Positions 18,895 through 27,764 of a stretch of DNA of 61,783 nt are shown in pieces. A program made the position numbers and the translations under genes. This DNA is from Oleiphilaceae bacterium (lineage in GTDB: Bacteria; Pseudomonadota; Gammaproteobacteria; Pseudomonadales; Oleiphilaceae), in contig DAITOW010000001.1 of assembly GCA_036833965.1 (NCBI GenBank), positions 1 to 61,783 of the forward strand, written 5' to 3'. Numbering within the stretch: position 1 is the first letter of the stretch; every line of letters starts with the position of its first letter. Under the pieces are notes generated by a model. It had not been told where the DNA came from, did not search any database, and saw only the letters and a program-made list of their open reading frames with translations.

Positions 18895-19443
18895 ATGGAT
18901 GTAGGTCAAAGGTTACGAGAAGTACGCAAAAAATCGGGCGTATCGCAGCGCGAGCTTGCCAAACGAGCAGGTGTCACGAATTCTACGATTTCGATGATAG
19001 AAAAAAACAGTGTCAGTCCGAGTGTCAGTTCACTTAAAAAAGTTCTATCTGGCCTACCAATGTCACTGATGGAATTTTTCGATTCGGAAGATTCGGCCAA
19101 GGTTGAGACTCCTGTTGCTTACCCTGCAGGTGAGTTGCTGAACTCGTCTGTGAACGATATTGAATGGAAGTTAGTTGGTAAGTCTTTTCCAAACCGTCAG
19201 ATGTCTTTTTTGGTGGAGCGCATGCCGCCTGGCGCAGATACGGGCGCCGACATGTATGTCCACGAAGGTGAAGAAGTTGGTTATGTGTTGCAAGGCAAGT
19301 TTGAGCTGACAGTTGATGCAGAGGTTTACATCCTGGGCCCTGGTGAAGGTTATTACTTTGATTCGCGACGGGAGCACCGTTTTCGTAATCCATTCGATGA
19401 AGACTGTCATATCGTTTCCTGCACCACTCCGGCCGACTTCTAG
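18895..19443 (+). CDS. puuR: XRE-HTH plus cupin transcriptional repressor, PuuR-like
   Basis: 182 aa. N-terminal XRE HTH (GQRLREVRKKSGVSQRELAKRAGVTNSTISMIEKNSVSPSVSSLKKVL) plus a C-terminal cupin. Collinear by recall with E. coli PuuR, including the C-terminal TTPADF versus TPTTF. Confidence 0.8.
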   Translation: MDVGQRLREVRKKSGVSQRELAKRAGVTNSTISMIEKNSVSPSVSSLKKVLSGLPMSLMEFFDSEDSAKVETPVAYPAGELLNSSVNDIEWKLVGKSFPNRQMSFLVERMPPGADTGADMYVHEGEEVGYVLQGKFELTVDAEVYILGPGEGYYFDSRREHRFRNPFDEDCHIVSCTTPADF

Positions 19444-19459
19444 GCCAGCATCTTTTTAG

Positions 19460-20251
19460 ATGAAGCTGTTCAGCAGGCAGATTGGTCCGGGTGAAGCAAC
19501 AAGCCATGTTGTGATATTGCATGGCTTGTTTGCGGCCTCGGACAACTTGCAAACCCTTGGTAAGGCACTTTCCGAACATTATCGGGTCCATCTGCTGGAT
19601 CTTCGTAACCACGGTCAATCACCTCAGGCTTCCGAGCTAAATTATGGTGTCATGGCTCAGGACGTCATAGAGTATCTTGACGATCAGAAAATAGAACAAG
19701 CTGCGTTGATAGGCCATTCAATGGGTGGCAAGACTGCGATGCAAGTCGCGTTGAACTACTCTCATCGCGTTAAGGGTCTGATTGTCGCCGACATTGCACC
19801 TGTCAGGTATGATCCGGGACACGAGCACATCCTTGAAGGCTTGCAGGCTCTGGAGCAAACGCCTGTTACATCGCGCAAAATGGCGGATGAGACGCTATCT
19901 CAGTGGATTGATGAATGGGGTGTCCGCCAGTTTCTGATTAAAAGCCTGCGTCGTGCCGATGATGGCAGCCCCGGTCTTGTCTGGCGTTTTAATTACGATG
20001 CCATCAAGAAAAATTATCTCGAAATTCTCTCTGCACCTCAGGGTGATCGCTATGATGGCCCAGTCTTATTTATCGCAGGCGCACGTTCCGATTATATTTT
20101 GCCTGAGCATAAAGACCAGACGCTTCGGCTGTTCCCGCATGCCCAGTTAAAAATCATTCCCGATACCAGTCATTGGTTGCACGCGGAGAAACCGGAAGTT
20201 TTCAACGCGATGTGTGTCCGCTTCCTGAACCAGGCGTTCATTTCACAATAA
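19460..20251 (+). CDS. Alpha/beta-fold hydrolase (YbfF-like esterase)
   Basis: 263 aa with nucleophile elbow GHSMGG, HG oxyanion motif VVILHGLF and a C-terminal catalytic His (SHWLHAE). It starts 16 bp after puuR. Confidence 0.7.
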   Translation: MKLFSRQIGPGEATSHVVILHGLFAASDNLQTLGKALSEHYRVHLLDLRNHGQSPQASELNYGVMAQDVIEYLDDQKIEQAALIGHSMGGKTAMQVALNYSHRVKGLIVADIAPVRYDPGHEHILEGLQALEQTPVTSRKMADETLSQWIDEWGVRQFLIKSLRRADDGSPGLVWRFNYDAIKKNYLEILSAPQGDRYDGPVLFIAGARSDYILPEHKDQTLRLFPHAQLKIIPDTSHWLHAEKPEVFNAMCVRFLNQAFISQ

Positions 20252-20542
20252 TTGTCAGTCCGTACAAGCGGCACATAAAAAATGCGCTAGGCTAAAATTA
20301 TGCGCACTTTTGATGCGTCGCCACTAGTTGTAAATCAATGTGAAATAGAACAAACTGGTTGCGTCGCTATTGATTACGCAGAGTCTGGACTTGTTCCAGT
20401 ATTCACAAGAAAAGCGAGACGTGGTGGCATCAAATTTGTATGAGAAGCTTACATCAGTGCATGTGCCAGCTTTTCGTTGTTGCTTTTAGGTGCGCTGCGA
20501 CATCCTTTCACGGATACACAACAAAAACTTAGGAGAACACGA

Positions 20543-21556
20543 ATGTTGAAATTCTCTTCAATTATGGCTGCTGGTTTAGCAGTAGGGTTATCTTTTGGTG
20601 CTACAGCAGGCACTTTGGAAGACGTAAAGAAACGCGGCACATTAGCATGTGGCGTAAGTACTGGTTTGGCTGGCTTTTCTCAGAAAGACGAGAAAGGTGA
20701 GTGGAGCGGACTTGATGTTGACGTTTGTAAAGCGGTTGCAGCAGCAGTTCTTGGTGACGCGAGCAAAGTCCAATATAAGCCTCTTACAGCTAAAGAGCGG
20801 TTTACCGCACTTCAGTCTGGCGAGGTCGATGTTCTTCCTCGCAACACAACTTGGACTCACACTCGTGATACCTCGCTTGGTTTGAACTTTGCCGGTGTTA
20901 ACTACTATGACGGTCAGGGTTTCATGGTTTCCAAAAAGTTGGGCGTGAAGAGCGCGCTTGAGCTTGATGGAGCAGCAGCGTGTATCCAGGCAGGTACAAC
21001 CACCGAATTGAACCTTGCGGATTATTTTCGTGCACATGGCATGAAATACACTGCGGTTACCTTCGATACTTCGGATCAAACACGTGCAGGCTTCGAAAGC
21101 GGTCGTTGTGACGTACTTACATCTGACCAGTCACAGCTCTATGCGATTCGTATCGGTTTGAAAGATCCTGAGGGTGCGATTGTTCTTCCAGAAGTTATTT
21201 CTAAAGAGCCTCTGGGTCCGGTTGTTCGTCAAGGTGATGATGAGTGGTTCAACATCGTTAAGTGGTCTTTAATCGCAATGGTTGAAGCAGAGTTTTTGGG
21301 TGTTGACTCTTCAAACGCAGCTGATTTGAAAGCTAACGGCAAGCCGGATCAGAAGCGTCTTCTTGGTACTGAGGGCGACGCTGGTGAGAAGATGGGCGTG
21401 AGCGCTGATTGGGCTTACAACATCGTATCGCAGGTTGGTAACTACGGCGAATCTTTCGAGAGAAATGTAGGTTCCGGTTCACCTCTTAAAATTGCCCGTG
21501 GTATCAACGAGCAGTGGAACAAGGGTGGCTTGATGTACTCTCCTCCAATCCGTTAA
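20543..21556 (+). CDS. aapJ: General L-amino acid ABC transporter substrate-binding protein
   Basis: ATG 20543 is preceded by AGGAG. Signal peptide MLKFSSIMAAGLAVGLSFGATAG. AapJ/BztA-type size and motifs; aapQMP-type genes follow. Confidence 0.8.
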   Translation: MLKFSSIMAAGLAVGLSFGATAGTLEDVKKRGTLACGVSTGLAGFSQKDEKGEWSGLDVDVCKAVAAAVLGDASKVQYKPLTAKERFTALQSGEVDVLPRNTTWTHTRDTSLGLNFAGVNYYDGQGFMVSKKLGVKSALELDGAAACIQAGTTTELNLADYFRAHGMKYTAVTFDTSDQTRAGFESGRCDVLTSDQSQLYAIRIGLKDPEGAIVLPEVISKEPLGPVVRQGDDEWFNIVKWSLIAMVEAEFLGVDSSNAADLKANGKPDQKRLLGTEGDAGEKMGVSADWAYNIVSQVGNYGESFERNVGSGSPLKIARGINEQWNKGGLMYSPPIR

Positions 21557-21568
21557 TACGGCTTGTTC

Positions 21569-21593
21569 AAAAGGGGCTTTAGTGGCCCCTTTT
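21569..21593 (+). terminator. Intra-operon hairpin or partial terminator after the binding-protein gene
   Basis: AAAAGGGGC-tttagtg-GCCCCTTTT. Confidence 0.55.
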
Positions 21594-21633
21594 CCGCTTT
21601 CTAACTTCTTCAACATTGGATTAGGGTTGATAC

Positions 21634-22827
21634 ATGTCCGAAGAGCAAATCCAAAAAGCGAGCAGATCCTCAGGCTCCTATCTCAATAATCCCCAGGTCA
21701 GATCGGTTATCTATCAGGTTTTGCTCCTGTTAGGGCTTGGTTACTTCTTTTACTCGATTATTTCCAACGCGCTCACAAACATGGAGTCGCGAGGCATTAA
21801 AAGCGGTTTTGATTTCCTTTTCGCCGCATCGGGTTTTGATATATTGATGACACTGGTGCCATATTCGGCAACATCAACTTATGCGATGACTTTTGTTGTC
21901 GGCTTATTGAATACGATCCTTGTGTCGATCATAGGTATTGTTCTAGCTACGATTATTGGATTCATCGTTGGTATCGCGTATTTCTCGCATAACTGGCTCG
22001 TAAAACGGATTTCCATTATTTATGTAGAAACCTTTCGTAACATCCCCTTGTTGTTGCAAGTGTTCTTTTGGTATTTCGCTGTCCTAGCGACCTTGCCCAG
22101 CGCCAGACAGAGTTTGAGTCTGGGCGAAGTTATTTTCCTGAATGTTCGTGGCCTGTATCTGCCGGATTTGATTGGTAGTGCGGGAAGCTCGGTTGTTTAC
22201 GGCTCAATCGCAATAGCGATCGCAGCTATAATCGTTTTGAAAAAGTGGGCCAGAAAACGTCAGGATGAGACTGGAGAGCAGTTCCCGGTCTTCGTAACCA
22301 GTTTAGCGATCTTCTTTGGCCTGCCTTTGGTCACGTTATTTGTAATGGGCGTACCGTTTACTTGGGAGTTTCCTGAGCTGAGAGGCTTCAACTTCAGCGG
22401 TGGTATAACCGTGATTCCGGAACTAATGGCTCTCGTTATCGCGCTCGCTGTTTATACCGGAGCGTTTATTGCGGAGGCTGTGCGAGCCGGTGTTCAATCT
22501 GTACCGCATGGACAGACTGAGGCGGCGAGAAGTCTGGGTTTGCGCGAAAACCGCATCATGTCGTTGATTATCGTGCCGCAAGCGATGCGTGTCATTGTGC
22601 CCTTGTTGAATTCCGAGTATCAAAGTTTGGTGAAAAACTCGACGCTGGCAACAGCTATTGGTTATCCGGACTTGTTCACAGTGTTTGTAGGCACCTCGTT
22701 AAACCAGACCGGACAAGCCATTGAGATCGTTTTTATGACCATGGCGGTCTATTTTGTCATCAATATGACGATTTCGTTTTTGATGAACCGCTTTAATGCA
22801 AGCGTCGCACTAGTAGAAAGGAAATAA
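21634..22827 (+). CDS. aapQ: Amino acid ABC transporter permease
   Basis: 397 aa multi-TM protein with HisM/GlnP-type EAA region (TEAARSLGLRENRIMSLIIVPQA). Confidence 0.8.
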   Translation: MSEEQIQKASRSSGSYLNNPQVRSVIYQVLLLLGLGYFFYSIISNALTNMESRGIKSGFDFLFAASGFDILMTLVPYSATSTYAMTFVVGLLNTILVSIIGIVLATIIGFIVGIAYFSHNWLVKRISIIYVETFRNIPLLLQVFFWYFAVLATLPSARQSLSLGEVIFLNVRGLYLPDLIGSAGSSVVYGSIAIAIAAIIVLKKWARKRQDETGEQFPVFVTSLAIFFGLPLVTLFVMGVPFTWEFPELRGFNFSGGITVIPELMALVIALAVYTGAFIAEAVRAGVQSVPHGQTEAARSLGLRENRIMSLIIVPQAMRVIVPLLNSEYQSLVKNSTLATAIGYPDLFTVFVGTSLNQTGQAIEIVFMTMAVYFVINMTISFLMNRFNASVALVERK

Positions 22828-22837
22828 GGAGCGAGTG

Positions 22838-23941
22838 ATGAGAGAGTTTAAACCACAGCCCGCCCAACCTGCCCCTATTGAATCAAGCGGTTTCATCGGA
22901 TGGATACGGGAAAATCTGTTTTCCAGTATTCCGAATTCGATTACGACGCTCGTTATTATTGGCTTATTAGCATCAGTCATTCCGGATTTAATTAGCTGGC
23001 TATTTATCGAGGCCAATTGGAGCGGAACGACGCAAGATGATTGTACAAATGAAAAAGGTGCTTGTTGGGTCTTCGTGTCCGCCTGGATGCAGCAATTTAT
23101 GTATGGCTCTTATCCTACCGAAGAGCTTTGGCGAATAAATACCAGTTTGATTGCGCTTGGTTTGGTGATTGCTGCGCCGTTTTTACTACCAACACATTTA
23201 AGAAACTCGGTTGGCGTGCCTTTGTTTCTGGTGTTTCCGTTTATCGGTGCTGCGTTTCTTGATGGCCGTTTGTTAGGTCTTGAATTCGTAAGTACAGATT
23301 ATTGGGGCGGCTTTTCGCTTAATATTTTTCTTGCCGCGGCAAGTATCATTATCGCATTTCCTCTGAGCTTCCTGTGGGCTTTGGGGCGTCGCTCGGATAT
23401 GCCATTCATTCGCAGCGTTTGTGTCATTCTGATCGAGTTTTTTCGTGGTGTACCGGTTCTCGCGTTGTTCTTCATGGGCTCAGTAATGTTGCCACTGTTT
23501 TTTCCGGAAGGAACGAATGTCGACAAGCTTGTCCGGGTTTGGATTGTCTTGATCCTGTTTATGTCAGGTTATATGGCTGAAGTGTTCCGTGGTGGATTCC
23601 AGGCGATCCCGCAAGGCCAGTATGAAGCAGCAGACTCTCTTGGCCTAAGCTATTGGCAGAAAACCCTACTTATTATTTTCCCGCAAGTAATCAAAGTTTC
23701 GATGCCGAACATTCTGGCGACCTTCATTATGCTGTTCAAGAATACGACCTTCTTGTTGATCATTGGTATTTTCGAAATCCTGAGTACCACCCAGACAGCA
23801 TTGACGAATTCTAACTGGCTTGGCGGGCATGCGCCGGAAGGCTATCTTTTTGTGGCAGTTGTGTTCTGGGTCTGCTGTTTTGGTATGTCTATGATCAGTG
23901 CCAATATTGAAAAGAAACTAGATACAAGCCATCGAAATTAA
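22838..23941 (+). CDS. aapM: Amino acid ABC transporter permease
   Basis: ATG 22838 lies 6 nt after AAGGAG; GTG 22835 is an alternative start. EAA region YEAADSLGLSYWQKTLLIIFPQ. Confidence 0.8.
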   Translation: MREFKPQPAQPAPIESSGFIGWIRENLFSSIPNSITTLVIIGLLASVIPDLISWLFIEANWSGTTQDDCTNEKGACWVFVSAWMQQFMYGSYPTEELWRINTSLIALGLVIAAPFLLPTHLRNSVGVPLFLVFPFIGAAFLDGRLLGLEFVSTDYWGGFSLNIFLAAASIIIAFPLSFLWALGRRSDMPFIRSVCVILIEFFRGVPVLALFFMGSVMLPLFFPEGTNVDKLVRVWIVLILFMSGYMAEVFRGGFQAIPQGQYEAADSLGLSYWQKTLLIIFPQVIKVSMPNILATFIMLFKNTTFLLIIGIFEILSTTQTALTNSNWLGGHAPEGYLFVAVVFWVCCFGMSMISANIEKKLDTSHRN

Positions 23942-23956
23942 GAATCGGAGCTATTC

Positions 23957-24739
23957 ATGACGACTGAAAATACACAACAAAAAGTTAGTACCGCTTCGTC
24001 TGGCGAGTCGGTCATAGAAATTAAAGACCTCAATAAATGGTACGGCAACTTTCATGTACTCAAGAATATTAATCTTAATGTGAAGAAGGGTGAGAGAATC
24101 GTTGTCTGTGGTCCATCTGGTTCCGGAAAGTCAACGATGATCCGTTGCATTAATCGTCTGGAAGAATTCCAGCGGGGATCGCTGGTGGTTAATGGCATTG
24201 AGATGATTGAGGATGTTAAGAATATTGAGAATATTCGAAGAGAAGTAGGGATGGTGTTCCAGCACTTTAACTTGTTTCCTCACCTTACGATTCTTCAGAA
24301 TCTCACTTTGGGTCCAATTTGGGTACAGAAAAAGCCAAAAGAGGAAGCTGAAGCGGTCGCGATGCAATACCTTGAGCGGGTTAAGATTCCTGACCAGGCG
24401 AACAAATTTCCTGGTCAGCTATCGGGAGGCCAGCAACAGCGTGTTGCGATTGCTCGATCCCTGTGTATGAACCCCCAAATCATGCTGTTTGATGAGCCAA
24501 CTTCAGCATTGGATCCTGAGATGATTAAGGAAGTACTCGATGTAATGGTTGAGCTGGCTGAAGAGGGAATGACCATGCTCTGTGTTACGCATGAGATGGG
24601 CTTTGCCAAGAAGGTTGCTGATCGGGTTATCTTTATGGACGGAGGCGAGATAGTAGAACAAAACACGCCTGATCAATTCTTTGATCATCCTGAAACCGAC
24701 CGTTTGCAGTTATTCTTGAGTCAGATTCTTGCGCACTAG
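23957..24739 (+). CDS. aapP: Amino acid ABC transporter ATP-binding protein
   Basis: Walker [10 protein letters not shown], signature [15 protein letters not shown], Walker [13 protein letters not shown]. Confidence 0.9.
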   Translation: MTTENTQQKVSTASSGESVIEIKDLNKWYGNFHVLKNINLNVKKGERIVVCGPSGSGKSTMIRCINRLEEFQRGSLVVNGIEMIEDVKNIENIRREVGMVFQHFNLFPHLTILQNLTLGPIWVQKKPKEEAEAVAMQYLERVKIPDQANKFPGQLSGGQQQRVAIARSLCMNPQIMLFDEPTSALDPEMIKEVLDVMVELAEEGMTMLCVTHEMGFAKKVADRVIFMDGGEIVEQNTPDQFFDHPETDRLQLFLSQILAH

Positions 24740-24750
24740 CCAAGTAAAAT

Positions 24751-24789
24751 AAAAAAGGCGGACATGCCAAAAGCATGTCCGCCTTTTTT
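24751..24789. terminator. Bidirectional rho-independent terminator
   Basis: AAAAAAGGCGGACATGC-caaaa-GCATGTCCGCCTTTTTT. Confidence 0.9.
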
Positions 24790-24804
24790 GTGCTGTAAAA
24801 CTGA

Positions 24805-24966
24805 CTAGGCTTCCAGAGCCGCTGCTTCAGTCGGAGAAATCATTTGCTTACGCTTCTCAATAACGCGCTTCGTTTCTTTATCCAAAAACATTCCAAGGCT
24901 GTACGTGATTCCGAATAAAACCGAAAGAGCAGCGAGTAAAAACGCAACATGTACTTCAATAATCAT
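24805..24966 (-). CDS. Small hypothetical membrane protein (53 aa), below the ORF-track cutoff
   Basis: Hand translation gives MIIEVHVAFLLAALSVLFGITYSLGMFLDKETKRVIEKRKQMISPTEAAALEA. RBS AAGGTGG lies 6 nt upstream. One predicted TM helix plus a basic tail; the gene ends at the bidirectional terminator. Confidence 0.5.
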   Translation of the reverse strand: MIIEVHVAFLLAALSVLFGITYSLGMFLDKETKRVIEKRKQMISPTEAAALEA

Positions 24967-25080
24967 GTGAACCACCTTGAATCTAAAACAGTCTTTTAAA
25001 ACGATCGTTTGAATTTAGAGATATAGTACATTTTAAGGTAGTGTCTGGTCAATATTTAACCGTTTGGTCAGTTAAGCTTT

Positions 25081-25731
25081 TTAAGTCTTTAACAAACTGT
25101 TTTGAGCTTCTGATAATTCTTCGGGTGTGTTTATGTTGGTTAATGCACTGCTGTTTGAGACGGTAACCCAATCGGCATGGTTCTCTTCAAACCAGCGCAC
25201 TAACTTGTGCTGCCCATTCTTGATGCTTGAAACAATTGGGCCTAAACAATCCTTCGGTAAGCAGCAGTGGAGGGGATGTTTGTACTCATCACATTGAAGA
25301 GCGATAGGGCGCAACGTTAAACCCTGCTTGACGAGATCCAATGCCCGACGGGCTAGCTGAACGACTAATTCATTGTTAACGAAGGGCGTATCGCACGGCA
25401 TGATGAATACCAGATCGGCATCGCTCGCTTCCAACAGCGCGTGAAGCCCGGCCAGAGGGCCGGGATATTCTGGATAGGTATCAGCGCATATGCGACTGGA
25501 ATAACGACTGTAACGCGTAAATTCCCGGTTACAGTTGATCATGACTTCGTGGTCTTTTGCTAGAGGCCGAAGTAGATCAAGTGATGATGAAATCAGAATC
25601 CCCTTATCAAGCGCGATCAGGCCTTTATCTTTGCCGCCCATACGCGATGAACGACCTCCGGCAAGTATACCGGCATCCAGAGTAAGACCCGAATCGTTCA
25701 GTTCGGTAATGAGTTCGGATAATTCTGTCAT
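25081..25731 (-). CDS. mobA: Molybdenum cofactor guanylyltransferase
   Basis: Motif GILAGGRSSRMGGKDKGL plus PCDTPF; 216 aa. Confidence 0.8.
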   Translation of the reverse strand: MTELSELITELNDSGLTLDAGILAGGRSSRMGGKDKGLIALDKGILISSSLDLLRPLAKDHEVMINCNREFTRYSRYSSRICADTYPEYPGPLAGLHALLEASDADLVFIMPCDTPFVNNELVVQLARRALDLVKQGLTLRPIALQCDEYKHPLHCCLPKDCLGPIVSSIKNGQHKLVRWFEENHADWVTVSNSSALTNINTPEELSEAQNSLLKT

Positions 25732-25740
25732 AAAAGAAAA

Positions 25741-25762
25741 GGGCAGCTCAAAGGAGCTGCCC
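25741..25762 (-). terminator. Rho-independent terminator of trxA
   Basis: GGGCAGCTC-aaag-GAGCTGCCC is flanked by A/T runs. The minus strand has the T-run directly after the stem. Confidence 0.75.
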
Positions 25763-25783
25763 TTTTAAAATTGAAGATATAAC

Positions 25784-26107
25784 TTACAGATTGCTGTCTA
25801 CGAAAGCAGTCAGCTGTGACTTGGAAAGAGCACCGACTTTCGTTGCATCAACATTACCGTTTTTGAACAGCATTAATGTCGGGATACCACGGATATTGTA
25901 TTTCGGTGGTGTTTGATCGTTCTCATCGATATTCAGCTTGCAGATTTTTACTTTGCCAGCATAGTCGTCAGCGATTTCTTCAAGTACAGGCGCGATCATT
26001 TTGCATGGTCCGCACCACTCTGCCCAGTAATCAACCAAAACCGGAATGTCAGAGTTTAAAACGTCTTGTTCAAACGAAGCATCTGTAACGTTAATAATGT
26101 TGCTCAT
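25784..26107 (-). CDS. trxA: Thioredoxin
   Basis: 107 aa with active site WAEWCGPCK and typical TrxA length and C-terminus. Confidence 0.95.
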   Translation of the reverse strand: MSNIINVTDASFEQDVLNSDIPVLVDYWAEWCGPCKMIAPVLEEIADDYAGKVKICKLNIDENDQTPPKYNIRGIPTLMLFKNGNVDATKVGALSKSQLTAFVDSNL

Positions 26108-26217
26108 GTTTAGTCCTACGAGTAATTGAATGAGAAGGCTCGCTGTGTTTCCAGGTACCCTTCACTTAAAATAGCTACTATGATCACAATATATAGTTTT
26201 AATTTCGGATTTCAAGG

Positions 26218-27729
26218 ATGAGCGCAGACAGCGAAGCGAGAATGACCAACCATAATACTCAAATAGCTGCGATTGATTTAGGCTCAAACAGTTTTCACCT
26301 CGCTGTTGCACAAATTGAGCATGGCGAAATTCGAATCCAGGAGCGCATTGGCGAGAAGGTGCAACTCGCTGCAGGCTTGGACCAAAACGGCAATCTGGAT
26401 GAAAGTTCAATTGCACGAGCGGTAGACTGCCTTAAGCGCTTCGAGCAACGTTTGCGGACGATTGATCGTGCGCTTATACAGATTGTCGGCACGAATGCCC
26501 TGCGGATAGCGAAAAATAGAAAGGTGCTGGTAGAGGCTTCGGAGCAGATTCTGGGAGTACCGATTGAAGTGATTTCCGGCCGGGAGGAGGCGCGACTGAT
26601 CTATCTTGGTGTCGCCCACACTCTGGCTGATGATGAAGGGCAGCGCCTCGTTATTGATATTGGTGGTGGGTCTACGGAATTTATCATTGGCAAGCGCTTT
26701 GAGTCTCTCGAGCGAGAGAGCTTACACATGGGGTGCGTCACTTATCGGGAGCGATTTTTCCGGGATGGCGTCATCACGAAACAGAATCTTGCGAAGGCCA
26801 TTACCAGAGCTGAACGCGAGCTATTACCTATCAAAAGGCGCTATACCAAACAAGGCTGGCAGAGTTGTGTCGGTTCGTCAGGCTCGATCAAGGCGATCTT
26901 TCAAATGCTTGGCAAAGACGAACAACGTGCGAATTCGATAAGTTTACCGGAGCTCAATCGGCTCAAGGAACGATTGATAGACTTGGGGCATGTGGATCGA
27001 CTTCCTGAACTGAACATCAAAAAAGACCGCTGTAGTATCTTCCCGGCTGGCTTAGCAATTTTGTATGGCGCCTTCAAAGCTCTTGGCATTGAGCGGATGG
27101 AGTTTTCTGATGGCGCGTTGAGGGAAGGCTTGCTATATGACATCGTGGGGCGTATCACTCATGAGGATGTCCGGGATCGAAGTATCTCGGCGATGCAGCA
27201 GCGTTATGGCGTTGATGTTGAGCATAGCGCCTATGTGTCGGGGCTCGCCCTCAACCTATATGAGCAGGCCGCACGACAATGGTCACTTCAAAATACAAAG
27301 TGGAGAAGCTTGTTACTTTGGGCCGCGCAGGTATTTGAAATTGGGCAGGCGATTGCCCATAGCCATTATCAAAAGCATGGAGCCTATCTTATTGAACATT
27401 CGGACTTGCCGGGTTTTTCAAGTGCTATGCAGGCGCAGCTTGGCTTGCTAGTGCGGGCGCATCGCAGGAAGATCCCTACAGAGGATTGGCCGGATCTCGG
27501 TGAGCAGGATTCAATGCTGATGCGAAAGTTGATCGTGCTATTTCGGCTGGCCGTAATACTCGCTGCTGACAGGGAGTACACGCCTGTCCCGATTAAGTTG
27601 GGCGCGGACAACAAAACCCTTGAGCTTACTTTCGATAGTGGTTGGCTTGAAACGCATCCTCTTACTACAGCGAATCTGCAACAGGAACGCAATTACCTAA
27701 AGAAAATCGGATTTGATTTAAATTTCTGA
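26218..27729 (+). CDS. ppx: Exopolyphosphatase (Ppx/GppA family)
   Basis: N-terminal ASKHA motif IAAIDLGSNSFHL plus DIGGGSTEF; 503 aa. Divergent from trxA, as in Pseudomonas by recall. ATG 26242 is an alternative start. Confidence 0.8.
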   Translation: MSADSEARMTNHNTQIAAIDLGSNSFHLAVAQIEHGEIRIQERIGEKVQLAAGLDQNGNLDESSIARAVDCLKRFEQRLRTIDRALIQIVGTNALRIAKNRKVLVEASEQILGVPIEVISGREEARLIYLGVAHTLADDEGQRLVIDIGGGSTEFIIGKRFESLERESLHMGCVTYRERFFRDGVITKQNLAKAITRAERELLPIKRRYTKQGWQSCVGSSGSIKAIFQMLGKDEQRANSISLPELNRLKERLIDLGHVDRLPELNIKKDRCSIFPAGLAILYGAFKALGIERMEFSDGALREGLLYDIVGRITHEDVRDRSISAMQQRYGVDVEHSAYVSGLALNLYEQAARQWSLQNTKWRSLLLWAAQVFEIGQAIAHSHYQKHGAYLIEHSDLPGFSSAMQAQLGLLVRAHRRKIPTEDWPDLGEQDSMLMRKLIVLFRLAVILAADREYTPVPIKLGADNKTLELTFDSGWLETHPLTTANLQQERNYLKKIGFDLNF

Positions 27730-27764
27730 TAGCCTTGCATCTTTGATTTCGAGTCGAATAAAAC

